Assembly (NCBI GenBank): GCA_041665365.1
Contig: JBAYIY010000001.1
Location: 29,041 to 93,040, forward strand
DNA from: Patescibacteria group bacterium
GTDB taxonomy: Bacteria > Patescibacteriota > Patescibacteriia > UBA9570
Length of the DNA stretch: 64,000 nucleotides
Direction: 5' to 3'
Shown here: positions 10,123 through 21,000 of the stretch, piece by piece
Layout: each line of letters opens with the position of its first letter
How positions within the stretch are numbered: position 1 is the stretch's first letter
Made by a program: the position numbers and the translations under genes
The notes under the pieces: model-generated
Database searches by the model: none
Told to the model about the DNA's origin: nothing
What the model saw: only the letters and a program-made list of their open reading frames with translations

Positions 10123-11331
10123 ATGAAAAAAATTATCCTATTAGCCAGTATTTTACTGTGTTTTAGCCCATTTGTTGTATTGGCCAATGGTAATTTGGTT
10201 GAAATTCAAGCCAAATTAAAAGAAAAGCAGCAAGCTTATGATGATTTACAATCCAAAATTGATATTTATGAAGAAAACATAAAATCAAAACAAAATGAAG
10301 CCGCCACCTTGAATAGCCAGTTGGAGGTGATTGATCAAAATACCGAGCTAACTAAATCCGAGATCGAGCAAACCACTGTGGAGATTGATAGTTTGGGCTT
10401 GGAGATAGATAGTTTACAAATAAACATCAATGATACTGAGGATAAATTGGTGAGCAACAAAGAGTACATGAATAAAATGATTCGTGATTTATATGATTAC
10501 GATCAACAAACCTATCTCGAAATTTCTTTATCTCATGCCACCTTATCGGATTTTTCGACGCAAGTTGAATATACCGAAACTATCAATACTCAATTTAAAG
10601 ATGCGACGGAACAACTGCGTCAGCTAAAAGACCAACTCAAACAAACTAAGCAAGATAAATCTGAAAAACAAGCCGCCGAACAGCAAAAAAAACAAGATTT
10701 AGTAGCTCAACAAGAAACCTTAGTGGGGGAGGCCATGTACAAAGAAGGGCTACTGTCTACAGTACAAAATGACGAAAGTAAATTTCAACAGCTCATTAAA
10801 GATGTGCGTGCTGAACAAGATGGCTATAATGCTGAAATTTCTCGCTTAGAAAAGTCGGCGCGCGAGACCTACAGTCAACATAGTGGCCCCAATAATACTA
10901 GTACCACCGATACCTTGCCAAGTGAGTTTGATCCGATGTGGCCAGTATCTGGAACTATCACGGCGACATTTCATGACCCGAGTTATCCATTTAGAGCATA
11001 CTTTCAACACGATGCCGTAGACATTGGTGTTCCTCAAGGTACGCCAATCAAAGCCGCTGATAGTGGGGTAGTGTCTGTTGTACGGTTTGATGGGTCAACT
11101 AATTTTGCTTATGTGTTAATCGTGCACGCTGATAATTTTGCTACGCTGTATGGCCATGTCAGTGCTGTTTATGTGCAGCCAGAAGAGATTGTCCAAAAAG
11201 GTCAAACCATTGCCTTAAGTGGAGCCATGCCTGGCACCCCTGGAGCAGGGCCATACACAACGGGTCCACATCTTCATTTCAGTGTCCGCCTCAACGGTAT
11301 CCCAGTTGATCCGTTGTTGTATTTACCGTAA
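10123..11331 (+). CDS. coiled-coil M23 family peptidase (EnvC-like murein hydrolase activator)
   Basis: Signal peptide, long coiled-coil region, and a C-terminal M23 domain with 'HDAVDIG' and 'GPHLHFSV' zinc-binding motifs. Confidence 0.8.
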   Translation: MKKIILLASILLCFSPFVVLANGNLVEIQAKLKEKQQAYDDLQSKIDIYEENIKSKQNEAATLNSQLEVIDQNTELTKSEIEQTTVEIDSLGLEIDSLQININDTEDKLVSNKEYMNKMIRDLYDYDQQTYLEISLSHATLSDFSTQVEYTETINTQFKDATEQLRQLKDQLKQTKQDKSEKQAAEQQKKQDLVAQQETLVGEAMYKEGLLSTVQNDESKFQQLIKDVRAEQDGYNAEISRLEKSARETYSQHSGPNNTSTTDTLPSEFDPMWPVSGTITATFHDPSYPFRAYFQHDAVDIGVPQGTPIKAADSGVVSVVRFDGSTNFAYVLIVHADNFATLYGHVSAVYVQPEEIVQKGQTIALSGAMPGTPGAGPYTTGPHLHFSVRLNGIPVDPLLYLP

Positions 11332-11399
11332 TGATGGGGAATTGTCGATGTGTCGGACAATAAACCTTATACGACGCATGGCTACTATTTACTGCTTCA

Positions 11400-12464
11400 T
11401 TACTTGTAATATACTCGATCTGGGAACCGGACATCGATATAATCAACACTAGCAGGGTTTTTAATCTCGTCACTGATTACAGTGTTTAAATTATTTAACT
11501 GTGTAGCAAGATCCAACTTACTATCTAAATACACCTCAACGTTGTCTTGTGTCACTACAATTATGTCTTGAATCACTGTTGGATAGTCACACGGTGTTTT
11601 TTTGTATTCAGCGGCTAGTTTAATAAAAGCCTCATTAGAATTTTTATCACCCTCAGTCTTCTTGATCTCTTCTAATAAATCCAAACTTTGATCAACGGTA
11701 ATTGTATCGCTTCTCAGTTGATCTAAGATGTCACGCTTTTTTTGTTTAGCCGATTCAGTGGTTGATCCGGCAATTTCATCAGCAAAGATTTTTTCAGTCA
11801 CAAATTGTTTAGCTTGACACGTCACTGGCATTATGGCGTATTCAGAAATATCAAGATTGCTCTCTAGTGTAAACTTGTCGTTTACTTCACTAATAAACTC
11901 CATCACACCCGGCGATAAAATTGATTCGCCAACAGTTATTTCCCGTTGTTTATTGCGTTCACGAATATGGGGAAAATGGGGATCAACTTCAGTAGCAGTG
12001 GTAGTTTGAGTAATAGTTCCTTCCACATCAAGATAATAATAACTATTATCATTTATATAAACATAGCCCGGTACACGTTCAGACACCGTGACAATAACGG
12101 TTTTGGGCCATTGTACTTCTACTAGAATCGATCGTAGTTGTATTTTATGACTGAGTTGCTCAGCGATGCTATCGGACAATTGTTGTTTATCTAAAAAGGG
12201 TAAAAACTTTTGTTTAAATATCAACCATTGCCGTTGTTGCAAACCCTCTGCGGTAGCCGAACTAATATCTTCTTCAGTTAAATATTGCTGACCTTTCACA
12301 ATAATGGTCTGAACCGACAAAAAGTGCCAATAAAAAAACACAAACCAAACTATTATACTCAACAAAATTAGTGATCCTATAATAGCAAATAAATCACGTT
12401 TCCGGTGCTGTTTCTTTTCAACATCACGTGCAAAATACGGATTATGGAACCGACCTTTCAGCAT
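11400..12464 (-). CDS. FtsQ/DivIB-like cell division protein
   Basis: Short cytoplasmic tail, a single TM helix and a POTRA-like segment ('VQTIIVKGQQYLTEEDI'). Assignment is weak. Confidence 0.35.
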   Translation of the reverse strand: MLKGRFHNPYFARDVEKKQHRKRDLFAIIGSLILLSIIVWFVFFYWHFLSVQTIIVKGQQYLTEEDISSATAEGLQQRQWLIFKQKFLPFLDKQQLSDSIAEQLSHKIQLRSILVEVQWPKTVIVTVSERVPGYVYINDNSYYYLDVEGTITQTTTATEVDPHFPHIRERNKQREITVGESILSPGVMEFISEVNDKFTLESNLDISEYAIMPVTCQAKQFVTEKIFADEIAGSTTESAKQKKRDILDQLRSDTITVDQSLDLLEEIKKTEGDKNSNEAFIKLAAEYKKTPCDYPTVIQDIIVVTQDNVEVYLDSKLDLATQLNNLNTVISDEIKNPASVDYIDVRFPDRVYYK

Positions 12465-12511
12465 GCCTGTGAGTATAGACGAAATCGCTAAAATCAGCCA
12501 TACTTCAGGCT

Positions 12512-13378
12512 ATGTTTGAGCGTTATCGCAGCCATTATCCACAAAGTTTTCACGTAAATATAACCGTGGCATTGTTCCCAAATGATAAAGTCATTGCTAT
12601 CCCCTATCCGATCAACCACCCACAGCAAACTGTCATGGATGTTAACTTTTCTAGTGATGGGAACATAACTGATCATGGTGCGGTGATTATTATTGAACAC
12701 GGAAAAACAGCCCGCATTGAAGCTACAATATCTGTTAAACCATTCAAGCCAATTTTTCCACAAGCCGATTTGGCTTTTCAATCGGCCGGTGGAGCTGACC
12801 ACATGTATCTCGAACCAGACCAATTTATCCACTCCAAGCATCCGGCTATTCTGGCTGAAGTTAAAAAAATAAATCTTAAACAACGACCTTTGCAAATTCT
12901 AGAACATATCTATAATCATTGTTTAGATCAACTGCAATATGGCAACCCAGTTCCTGGGCTCTATACCACCACTGAGGCCTTAGCGTTAGATTCAGTTGAT
13001 TGTGGAGGCTTTAGTACATATTTAGCGGCCATGGTTCAAGCTTGTGGTATTCCAGTTCGACTAGTATCTGGGTTTTGGGCCGGCTATAAACATAATGACA
13101 TGCATGCCTGGATAGAGGCCTTACTACCAGATGGCACTTGGTGGCCAATGGATCCATCCGTTGAATGGCTGCGGTTGAGACGACGGTCAGCTAAACATGG
13201 CGGATTTGGACAGTTAGGCAGTGATCGGATTGTGATCAATATTGGCACTAATCATGTTATAAAATATCAATCTAAAGACTATCCCGTAGGGATGTTGCAA
13301 CTACCAATGATTCTAACTACCACGGGTGATACTCAATATTTACAAGTCGAAACAACCATAACCTGCACACGTTTATGA
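12512..13378 (+). CDS. transglutaminase-like cysteine protease family protein
   Basis: Cys-His-Asp core 'DCGGFSTYLAAMVQACGIP...MHAWIEALLPDGTWWPMDPS'. Confidence 0.7.
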   Translation: MFERYRSHYPQSFHVNITVALFPNDKVIAIPYPINHPQQTVMDVNFSSDGNITDHGAVIIIEHGKTARIEATISVKPFKPIFPQADLAFQSAGGADHMYLEPDQFIHSKHPAILAEVKKINLKQRPLQILEHIYNHCLDQLQYGNPVPGLYTTTEALALDSVDCGGFSTYLAAMVQACGIPVRLVSGFWAGYKHNDMHAWIEALLPDGTWWPMDPSVEWLRLRRRSAKHGGFGQLGSDRIVINIGTNHVIKYQSKDYPVGMLQLPMILTTTGDTQYLQVETTITCTRL

Positions 13379-14535
13379 TTACCACAGCGCTGTCTCCAAA
13401 TGTTGAACGAGACGATGTGATACAAGCTTTAAAGTTGATCGTGCAACCTTGGAAATGGTTAAACGGATCGGCGACTGAACAATTACGCAATAAACTGTCA
13501 ATTTATTTTAATAATCATGAAGTTATATTAACCAATTCCGGTCGAACAGCTTTGCTAACAATTTTACAAGCCTTACAGTTGCATGATACAGATGAAGTTT
13601 TATTGCAAGCCTTTACCTGTAATGCCGTATCAAACCCAATTCGCTGGGCCGGAGCCAAACCCGTGTTTGTTGATATCACTTCTGAAACATACACCATGAA
13701 TCCGGTTGATTTAGAGAAAAAAATTACTCCACATAGTAAGGTTTTAATTATCCAACACACTTTTGGTCAGCCAGCTAATTTAGAAATTTTACTAGACCTC
13801 GCCAAAAAAAATAATTTATATGTGATTGAGGATTGTGCGCACGCACTAGGAGCTAGCTATCATCATCATCAATTATTAGGTACCTTTGGTGACGCGGCAA
13901 TCTTTAGTTTTGGACGCGATAAAGTTATCTCTTCAGTTTATGGTGGTTTTTTATTGCTTAACAAAGAGCAAAAAAATATATCCCAACTCCCCTATCCCAG
14001 CCTACTCTGGACACTACAACAATTAATTCATCCCATCGTGACAAAATCCCGCTATTCATTTAAGGTTTTTCAAACGTTAGGTTTATTATCTTTAGCCGTT
14101 AGTCAACTCGAAAGATTCGGCAAGAAACCTAAATATTTTCCAGCGCGTTTACCTAATGCTTTAGCCGCTCTCGCTTTAGTACAGTTCGATAAATTAGAGC
14201 GTTTCAATAAACATCGTCAACTCATGGCTAAAATGTATCATGATAATTTACAGCCCAATAGCCCGTGGCAAGAAGATTCAATTTGGTTACGCTATAGTGT
14301 GAATGTAACCGATCAACCTGGAGTATTTAATAAACTCAAACAACAAGGTGTTATACTAGGTGACTGGTACTGGGCGCCGGTAGTACCAACGTTATTAGAC
14401 TATGTGAGTACTTCATGTCCTGTGGCTGAAACGGTCTGTAAAAATATTATTAACTTGCCAACTCATATTAATATCTCACCAAGAGCTGCTGAAAAAATTA
14501 TTACTCTAATGAAACCTTATGTCACTAACCATTAA
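13375..14535 (+). CDS. DegT/DnrJ/EryC1/StrS family PLP-dependent sugar aminotransferase
   Basis: 'LYVIEDCAHALGASY...FSFGRDKVIS' with the PLP lysine in the 'GRDK' context. Confidence 0.8.
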   Translation: MITTALSPNVERDDVIQALKLIVQPWKWLNGSATEQLRNKLSIYFNNHEVILTNSGRTALLTILQALQLHDTDEVLLQAFTCNAVSNPIRWAGAKPVFVDITSETYTMNPVDLEKKITPHSKVLIIQHTFGQPANLEILLDLAKKNNLYVIEDCAHALGASYHHHQLLGTFGDAAIFSFGRDKVISSVYGGFLLLNKEQKNISQLPYPSLLWTLQQLIHPIVTKSRYSFKVFQTLGLLSLAVSQLERFGKKPKYFPARLPNALAALALVQFDKLERFNKHRQLMAKMYHDNLQPNSPWQEDSIWLRYSVNVTDQPGVFNKLKQQGVILGDWYWAPVVPTLLDYVSTSCPVAETVCKNIINLPTHINISPRAAEKIITLMKPYVTNH

Positions 14536-15532
14536 ACCGATTACAGATCAAACCGTTTGGGATCAATTTATTGTGGTAGAAAAACCCGACACGTTTTTAC
14601 AGAGCTATACTTGGGGTGAATTTCAGGCAGACAAGATTGAACGCATCGGGGTATGGTCAGAGAATGATCTAGTCGGTGTGGCCTTATTGATTATCACGGA
14701 GGCCAAACGCGGTAAGTTTATTTTATGTCCCCACGGACCTATAATTAAAGCCCATAATAATCTCGTGCTAGATAAGTTATTAGAGTACATGGTTGAGTTA
14801 GGTAAAAAAGTCAAAGCCGATTTTATCAGGGTGGCACCTTTATTTCCAGATCAGCCGGATGTTAAAGACTGTTTTATTAAAGAAGGGTTTAGACGAGCGC
14901 CAATTCACGTTCATCCGGAATTAAGTTGGATTTTAGATATTACGCCAGACGATGAAATACTCATGAAGAATATGCGTAAAACCACTCGTTACAGTATTCG
15001 CAAAGCCGAAAAAGATGGTGTGACTGTTAGAATCAGTACAAACCAAGCTGACATTGCCGTATTTCACAAGTTATACCTTACTACTGTGGCGCGGCAAGGT
15101 TTCCAACCATTCAGTTTGGAATATTTAGAGCGTGAGTTTACTACCTTCAACCAGACTGACATGGTCAGAATTGGCATTGCCGAGGAACAAGGTGTGGCCG
15201 TGGCTGGTGCGATTATTATTCTGACACCTTATGAAGCCTTTTATCATCAAGGTGCTTCATCACATATCAACCCAAAATCAACCGCGGCTTATCTGTTACA
15301 ATGGCGTATGATCCAGGAAGCCAAGCAGCATGGTTGCACAAAATATAACTTCTGGGGTATTAGCCCCGACGATAAGCCGAATCACCCTTGGGCTGGTTTG
15401 AGTCTGTTTAAGAAAGGTTTTGGTGGGCAGGCTTACCAGTATCTACCAACGCAAGATAGACCGCTGACTTTAAAATATTGGCTCAATTGGTTACTGGAAA
15501 CTACGCGGCGAAAGCGACGCGGGTATGATTAA
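14519..15532 (+). CDS. FemAB-family peptidoglycan aminoacyl-transferase (tRNA-dependent)
   Basis: Methicillin-resistance (FemAB)-like N-terminus 'QSYTWGEFQ' and GNAT-fold duplication. Located next to cell-wall genes. Confidence 0.6.
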   Translation: MSLTIKPITDQTVWDQFIVVEKPDTFLQSYTWGEFQADKIERIGVWSENDLVGVALLIITEAKRGKFILCPHGPIIKAHNNLVLDKLLEYMVELGKKVKADFIRVAPLFPDQPDVKDCFIKEGFRRAPIHVHPELSWILDITPDDEILMKNMRKTTRYSIRKAEKDGVTVRISTNQADIAVFHKLYLTTVARQGFQPFSLEYLEREFTTFNQTDMVRIGIAEEQGVAVAGAIIILTPYEAFYHQGASSHINPKSTAAYLLQWRMIQEAKQHGCTKYNFWGISPDDKPNHPWAGLSLFKKGFGGQAYQYLPTQDRPLTLKYWLNWLLETTRRKRRGYD

Positions 15533-16760
15533 ACATCCAGGGGTGTAGCACCTCTGGAATAATAATTGTGCCATCAGCTTGCTGATAATTTTCCATGATA
15601 GCGGCAATAATCCGGCCAATCGCTAGGGCGGTGGCATCGTTCATGTGGACAAAATTAGTACTACCATCCGCTTGGCGGTACCGTGTATTTAACCGTCTCG
15701 CTTGATAATCTGTCATGTAGTCAGCGGTATGCGTTTCACGATACACGCCTTGACCAGGCATCCAGGTATTTATATCCATCCCGCGCGCATTTGGATCACC
15801 GATATCACCGGTGCATTTTAGTAAGACCTGATACGGTAAGTTTAATTTTTGTAATAATGTTTCTTCAATACTCACTAACAAGTTGTGTTCTGCCATACCT
15901 TGCTCTGGCGTACTAAATACTTCCATTTCTATTTTATGAAATTGATGTAACCGCAAAATACCGCGCGTATCTTTACTGGCCGCACCAGCCTCACGCCGCA
16001 AGGCTGGTGAAAAAGCAATATACCGTAAAGGCAATTTAGCTTCCGGAATAATTTCACCCAAATGAATCGAGCCTAATGTATGCTCAGCACTACCAATTAA
16101 ATACAGATCATCCGATGGAATGTAATACCGTTCAGCAGCGGGATGTAATCGACCCATCTTTTCAAACACATCAGGTTTAATAAAAATGGGCGGAATAACC
16201 GGTATGAACCCCTGCTCTAGGGTGACGGAAAATGCTAACTGCACTAAAGCATATTCCATTAAGGCTAATTCTTTTTTAAGATATGTAAACCTGGCACCCG
16301 AGACGCGGGCAGCCGCCTCATTATCAATCACATCTAACGCTTTGCCTAATTCCCAGTGCGGTTTTGGAGTAAAATCAAACTGAGGTTGTGTCCCCCACTC
16401 ACGCACCATCACATTGCCAGATTCATCCGCACCAACTGGCGTATCCTGTGTGGGAACATTTGGTACTTGATACATTAATACTTGATAATCATGCTCAACC
16501 TTACGTAATTCCTCTTCAATCTTACTGGCTTGTTGTTTTAGGTTTTTACCAAGTTCAATCTGATCTGGAGTTGGTTTATTCTTCTTACCTTGATTAGCAA
16601 AGGCATTACGTTGTTGATTAAGATCATCTAAGTTTTTTTGTAACTCTCTTTTGGCATCATATTTCTTTAGAACTTCTTCAATATTAACCGTACTATTTTT
16701 ATTTTTTATAGCCTGTTTTACTTCATTAAGATGGTCGCGAATATATTTGATATCAAGCAT
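15501..16760 (-). CDS. serS: seryl-tRNA synthetase
   Basis: N-terminal coiled-coil arm and class II aaRS core ('FSPALRREAGAAS...GILRLHQF'). Confidence 0.9.
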   Translation of the reverse strand: MLDIKYIRDHLNEVKQAIKNKNSTVNIEEVLKKYDAKRELQKNLDDLNQQRNAFANQGKKNKPTPDQIELGKNLKQQASKIEEELRKVEHDYQVLMYQVPNVPTQDTPVGADESGNVMVREWGTQPQFDFTPKPHWELGKALDVIDNEAAARVSGARFTYLKKELALMEYALVQLAFSVTLEQGFIPVIPPIFIKPDVFEKMGRLHPAAERYYIPSDDLYLIGSAEHTLGSIHLGEIIPEAKLPLRYIAFSPALRREAGAASKDTRGILRLHQFHKIEMEVFSTPEQGMAEHNLLVSIEETLLQKLNLPYQVLLKCTGDIGDPNARGMDINTWMPGQGVYRETHTADYMTDYQARRLNTRYRQADGSTNFVHMNDATALAIGRIIAAIMENYQQADGTIIIPEVLHPWMFNHTRVAFAA

Positions 16761-16769
16761 AGTTTTGGG

Positions 16770-18209
16770 TTATTGTTTTGGTCTTAACAGTGGAAACATT
16801 ACGCACTCACGAATCGGTTTATCCATTAAAAATGAAAACAATCTTTCACTCACGCCAAAACCGGAAGTGGGTGGCATGCCATATTCTAAGGCATCAATAA
16901 AATCTTGATCATGCCTTTGCGCTTCCTCATCACCGGCCGCGCGCAGTTTGGCTTGATTGGCAAAACGTTCGGCCTGATCAATTGGATCATTCAACTCAGT
17001 ATAACCGTTGCCCAGTTCACTACCGGCAATAATTACTTGATAGCGTTCGACTAATTCAGGATTGTCGGTTTTTCTTTTAGCTAAGGGTGAGACAGCTACA
17101 GGATGATTCACTAAAAACACGGGTCCGGCTATTTGTTTACGACAATGTTTCCATAATAGATCCATCAGTCTCCCTTTCCCCATCTCACCAGCTATTTTAA
17201 TATTAAGTTCAGTACACTTTTTTTTAAGATCCGTGGCTGAACTGGTTAATATATTAATATTAAGTTGATCTTGAATGGCCGTGACATAATCTAATCTCGG
17301 CCACGGTTGATCGAAATCAACTTTAAAACCTTTGATGTCGAATTGTAATTTACCGAAAGTAGCTTGAATAACATGTTTGTAGAGTCGTTCTACTAAGTGC
17401 ATGGTATTTTCATAATTAGCATAAGCCCAATAAAATTCCATTTGGGTGTAATCTTGTAAATGTTCCGGGCTAATGCCTTCATTGCGAAATTGTCGACCAA
17501 TTTCAAAGGTTTTTTCAAAGCCCGCCACCATGAGACGTTTTTGCCATAATTCCCCCATCGAGATACGCAAATACAGATCAATGTCTAAAGCATTATGGTG
17601 CGTTGTGAACGGTTTAGCGTCGGCTCCACCGGGCGTGGTTTCCAGCACGGGTGTTTCTACTTCCAGGAAATTTTCCGTTTGTAAAAACTCGCGCAGGCTC
17701 CGCCAGAACATGGCTTTCTTTTGAAACATATCACGCAACTCCGGACGCAGCTGCATATCCACATAACGCCGCCGGTAACGTTGTTCTTCATCTTGTAAAC
17801 CAAACCATTCATCCGGTAATGGCTGGATGGCTTTGCTTAACATGATAATCTTTTCAACCAGAATAGATTGTTGGCCCTTATGTGTCACAAAAGGTTTGCC
17901 GCTTACCTCGACAATATCACTGACATCAAATAAATTTAGCTCGCTGTAATCTGGTTGTTTTAGTTCGGTTTTAGATAAGGCAATTTGAATTCTGCCTGAC
18001 GCATCTTCCAGTTGAGCAAAAGTTAATTTGCCGTGTTCCCGCCATTGCCTTATTCTACCAGTTATTATTACAGTAACATCCGATAAACTAGCAAAGTCAG
18101 TTAGGACTTGAGCCACCGTATGGGTACGATGACTAACCGACGGAAACACCTGACCCAACTTTTCCAAGTAGGCTTTGGCTTTATCTATCCGAACAGACCG
18201 TTCTTCCAT
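16770..18209 (-). CDS. lysS: lysyl-tRNA synthetase class II
   Basis: OB-fold anticodon-binding N-terminus and class II motifs ('FEIGRQFRNEG', 'GGADAKPF'). Confidence 0.9.
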   Translation of the reverse strand: MEERSVRIDKAKAYLEKLGQVFPSVSHRTHTVAQVLTDFASLSDVTVIITGRIRQWREHGKLTFAQLEDASGRIQIALSKTELKQPDYSELNLFDVSDIVEVSGKPFVTHKGQQSILVEKIIMLSKAIQPLPDEWFGLQDEEQRYRRRYVDMQLRPELRDMFQKKAMFWRSLREFLQTENFLEVETPVLETTPGGADAKPFTTHHNALDIDLYLRISMGELWQKRLMVAGFEKTFEIGRQFRNEGISPEHLQDYTQMEFYWAYANYENTMHLVERLYKHVIQATFGKLQFDIKGFKVDFDQPWPRLDYVTAIQDQLNINILTSSATDLKKKCTELNIKIAGEMGKGRLMDLLWKHCRKQIAGPVFLVNHPVAVSPLAKRKTDNPELVERYQVIIAGSELGNGYTELNDPIDQAERFANQAKLRAAGDEEAQRHDQDFIDALEYGMPPTSGFGVSERLFSFLMDKPIRECVMFPLLRPKQ

Positions 18210-18718
18210 TAGGACACTTTCGTTAGCGTGTAGATGATATTACCTTTCGGTACAGCCACCGTCACTTTATCTCCGACTTTATGACCTAAAAATGCTTTCC
18301 CCATGGGCGATTCATTAGAAATCTTTCCATTGGCTGGGTCGGCCTCATTTGAGCCTACCACATCATATTTCAATTCTTTGCCAGCTGGATTAGTGACAGT
18401 AATACTTGAACCAATCACCACTGTTTTCGAACCTTTCGCTTTGGTAATCAGTTTGGCATTACGGATGGCTTCTTCCAACTCTAATATCTTAGTTTCAACC
18501 AAGACTTGTTCTTCTTTAGCATCACTATACTCCGCATTTTCTGATAAATCACCCAGCTCTTTAGCACTGGCAATTCGGCTGGAAATATCCTTACGTTTGG
18601 TCGTTTTAAAGTACTCCAAATCACTCTTTAATTTCTCTAAACCTTCTGGTGTTACAAATGTTTCTTTATTTGTCATGCCGAGTATTGTACTGTGGCTAGT
18701 ATTGAGTGTCAATACCAT
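18209..18718 (-). CDS. greA: transcription elongation factor GreA
   Basis: 'GDLSENAEYSDAKEEQ' acidic finger and FKBP-like C-terminus. Confidence 0.9.
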   Translation of the reverse strand: MVLTLNTSHSTILGMTNKETFVTPEGLEKLKSDLEYFKTTKRKDISSRIASAKELGDLSENAEYSDAKEEQVLVETKILELEEAIRNAKLITKAKGSKTVVIGSSITVTNPAGKELKYDVVGSNEADPANGKISNESPMGKAFLGHKVGDKVTVAVPKGNIIYTLTKVS

Positions 18719-20558
18719 ATTTACTCAACACCGCTTTGGCTACTGGCACGGCGGCTTCGGTGCTTTCGCCACCTTCCTCAACCAACACGGTTAAGACTAA
18801 TTTTGGATTTTCGTATGGTAAAAAAGTGGTATACCAGGAATGGGTTTTGTCTGTGCCACCCATTTGGGCGGTACCGGTTTTACCGGCCGACGTCATTGGC
18901 AAGCTGCTCATGGTTCGGGCGCTACCGCCGGTAACCGCTTGACGCATACCGGCGCGTACTACAGCTAAATATTGATCATCGACAAACTGCTGCCGCCGAA
19001 TAATGGGCTCAACTGTTTGTGTGGTGACACCGGCTTGATCGGTGATATGGTCGACCAATTGTGGCTGATACAAGGTGCCACCATTAGCCACGACTGATGT
19101 GTACATAGCTACTTGTAGGGGTGTGACTAATAAATCACCTTGGCCAATTGAGACATGGTAAGTATCTCCTAAATACCACGGCTCACCTTTTGCCTCTTCT
19201 TTCCATTCCCGGGTTGGTACAAAACCATCAGCTTCACCGGGTAAAGGAATGCCGCTTTCTTCGCCCAAGCCAAATTCTTTAGCATAAGCGGCGATACGAT
19301 CAATGCCCAATCCACCGGTAATTTCACGAGTGTCTTTATCATAGGTGCCACCGCCAGCAATATAAAAATAGGTATTCACTGACTCAGCTAAAGCTTTATA
19401 GATATTTGTAATACCATGCCCGCCGGCTTTCCAATCTGGAAATAAACTATCAACCATGATACCGCCGACACTATTCACGGTGGTGGCCGGTGTTACTACT
19501 CCTTCTTGTAAAGCAGCTGATGCTACAATCAGTTTAAAAGTTGAACCAGATGGATACTCTCCGGAAATGACGCGATTAAACAAAGGTTTACGGGAATCGT
19601 TTATTAAATCAGCGTAGGTGTTAGCCGTGATGCCTTTAATAAATAGATTCGGATCATAGCTGGGATAGCTGACTAAAGCCCGAATGGCGCCAGTGTTAGG
19701 ATCAAGGGCTACGGCTGAGGCACCTGGCAAGCCTTTACTATCTACCATATTTTTTAGTTCATCGTACAATAATTGTTGTAGATTTGTATCGATGGTTAAT
19801 ACTAAATTTTCTCCGGGAATAGCTGGTTCTTCAGCAATATCATTCATGGCTTGACCGGCGGCGGTAGTTTCTTTAGTAATGGTACCTTTTTTACCATGCA
19901 AGACAGCTTCATAGGTAGATTCCAAACCAGTCTTCCCAATTTGATCGGATAATTCATAGTCATCAGCTAAACCATCAGCCAGATCAGCGTTACTAATTCT
20001 GCCAATATAACCCAAAATGTGTGCATATAAATCTGGTTGAGTATAATGCCGGGCGGTTTGCGCCTCAACATATACACTGGTTGAATCATGAAACTGTGCC
20101 ATGAGCGCTATGGCTTTATCATGAGCAACGAATTCTTGAACGATGTGTGGTTGTGTATTATTTTTGTTGGTATTTTTTTCCAGCACGACAAAATTTGGTT
20201 CATTCTTCACTAAGGGCAGACCGGTCACATCATAAATCAAACCACGCGCCGCCGGAATGGTAATTATTTGACTACGATTAGCATCGGCTTGCGCACGATA
20301 ATCAGACCCGTGTAGCACTTGTAACCAAACTAATCTACCAAGTAATACAATACACAAGCCGACCATGACTGTGCCTAACCAACTGACGCGACTACCTGGT
20401 AAAGCACTGGCAATATAGCTCGTGGGCACGCTCGGATCGATGGGAGCTTTATCCACCACATGAGCCCGATAATAGGTTCCTAATTTTGTATCACGAATTG
20501 ACCCATCCCGAATGGAATTAAACAAGTCTTTCATAACGTGATGGAATAATCCAAACAA
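18696..20558 (-). CDS. mrdA: penicillin-binding protein 2 (transpeptidase)
   Basis: 'STFK' SxxK, 'SVN' and 'KTGTA' motifs. Sits downstream of mreBCD. Confidence 0.85.
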   Translation of the reverse strand: MFGLFHHVMKDLFNSIRDGSIRDTKLGTYYRAHVVDKAPIDPSVPTSYIASALPGSRVSWLGTVMVGLCIVLLGRLVWLQVLHGSDYRAQADANRSQIITIPAARGLIYDVTGLPLVKNEPNFVVLEKNTNKNNTQPHIVQEFVAHDKAIALMAQFHDSTSVYVEAQTARHYTQPDLYAHILGYIGRISNADLADGLADDYELSDQIGKTGLESTYEAVLHGKKGTITKETTAAGQAMNDIAEEPAIPGENLVLTIDTNLQQLLYDELKNMVDSKGLPGASAVALDPNTGAIRALVSYPSYDPNLFIKGITANTYADLINDSRKPLFNRVISGEYPSGSTFKLIVASAALQEGVVTPATTVNSVGGIMVDSLFPDWKAGGHGITNIYKALAESVNTYFYIAGGGTYDKDTREITGGLGIDRIAAYAKEFGLGEESGIPLPGEADGFVPTREWKEEAKGEPWYLGDTYHVSIGQGDLLVTPLQVAMYTSVVANGGTLYQPQLVDHITDQAGVTTQTVEPIIRRQQFVDDQYLAVVRAGMRQAVTGGSARTMSSLPMTSAGKTGTAQMGGTDKTHSWYTTFLPYENPKLVLTVLVEEGGESTEAAVPVAKAVLSKYGIDTQY

Positions 20559-21000
20559 TCAAGGCAGTTAGACTACTAGTTACTAGCCAAGCCACCGGCC
20601 AATGCCACCATGTAATATTGGTTACAGTTGATAAAGTCAGCTGCCAGAGCCAGGGCAAAATGCTCACTGCCACACTGGCACAAAACGTTGTGACAAAAAC
20701 AGACAAAGCTGAAGCTTGTTTTACCCAGGTAGTATGTATTAACTGAATAATGATAGTGATGGATAAAAGCATTATCATCCACATACCAAATGGAGTTGGT
20801 GCATAAATATCAATTACCAGACCTAACACGACTGCCACATAACCGATCCGAGACCAAGGCAAAACATGTGTCAACACAGCTATCACAACCCAACTTGGAA
20901 AGAAACAAAATGCCAGCGCTGGCCAAGCCCAACTGCTTAGTTCCGCCAAAACCGTTACACCTAGCAGAGTGACTAAAGCCACCCACCGCACTATGGTCAT
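20518..21000 (-). CDS. mreD: rod shape-determining protein MreD
   Basis: Small polytopic membrane protein immediately after mreC. Confidence 0.6.
   Translation of the reverse strand: MTIVRWVALVTLLGVTVLAELSSWAWPALAFCFFPSWVVIAVLTHVLPWSRIGYVAVVLGLVIDIYAPTPFGMWMIMLLSITIIIQLIHTTWVKQASALSVFVTTFCASVAVSILPWLWQLTLSTVTNITWWHWPVAWLVTSSLTALIVWIIPSRYERLV

Noticed and set aside
11342-11360. Imperfect hairpin 'ttgtcgatgtgtcggacaa' between convergent M23 peptidase and ftsQ-like genes, as a bidirectional terminator
   Set aside because: The stem has a bulge, there is no U-tract on either strand, and the stem is only ~7 bp, which is weak.
12494-12895. 133-aa minus-strand ORF overlapping the transglutaminase-like gene
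   Set aside because: The plus-strand ORF carries a recognisable Cys-His-Asp domain. The antisense ORF has no features and overlaps it fully.
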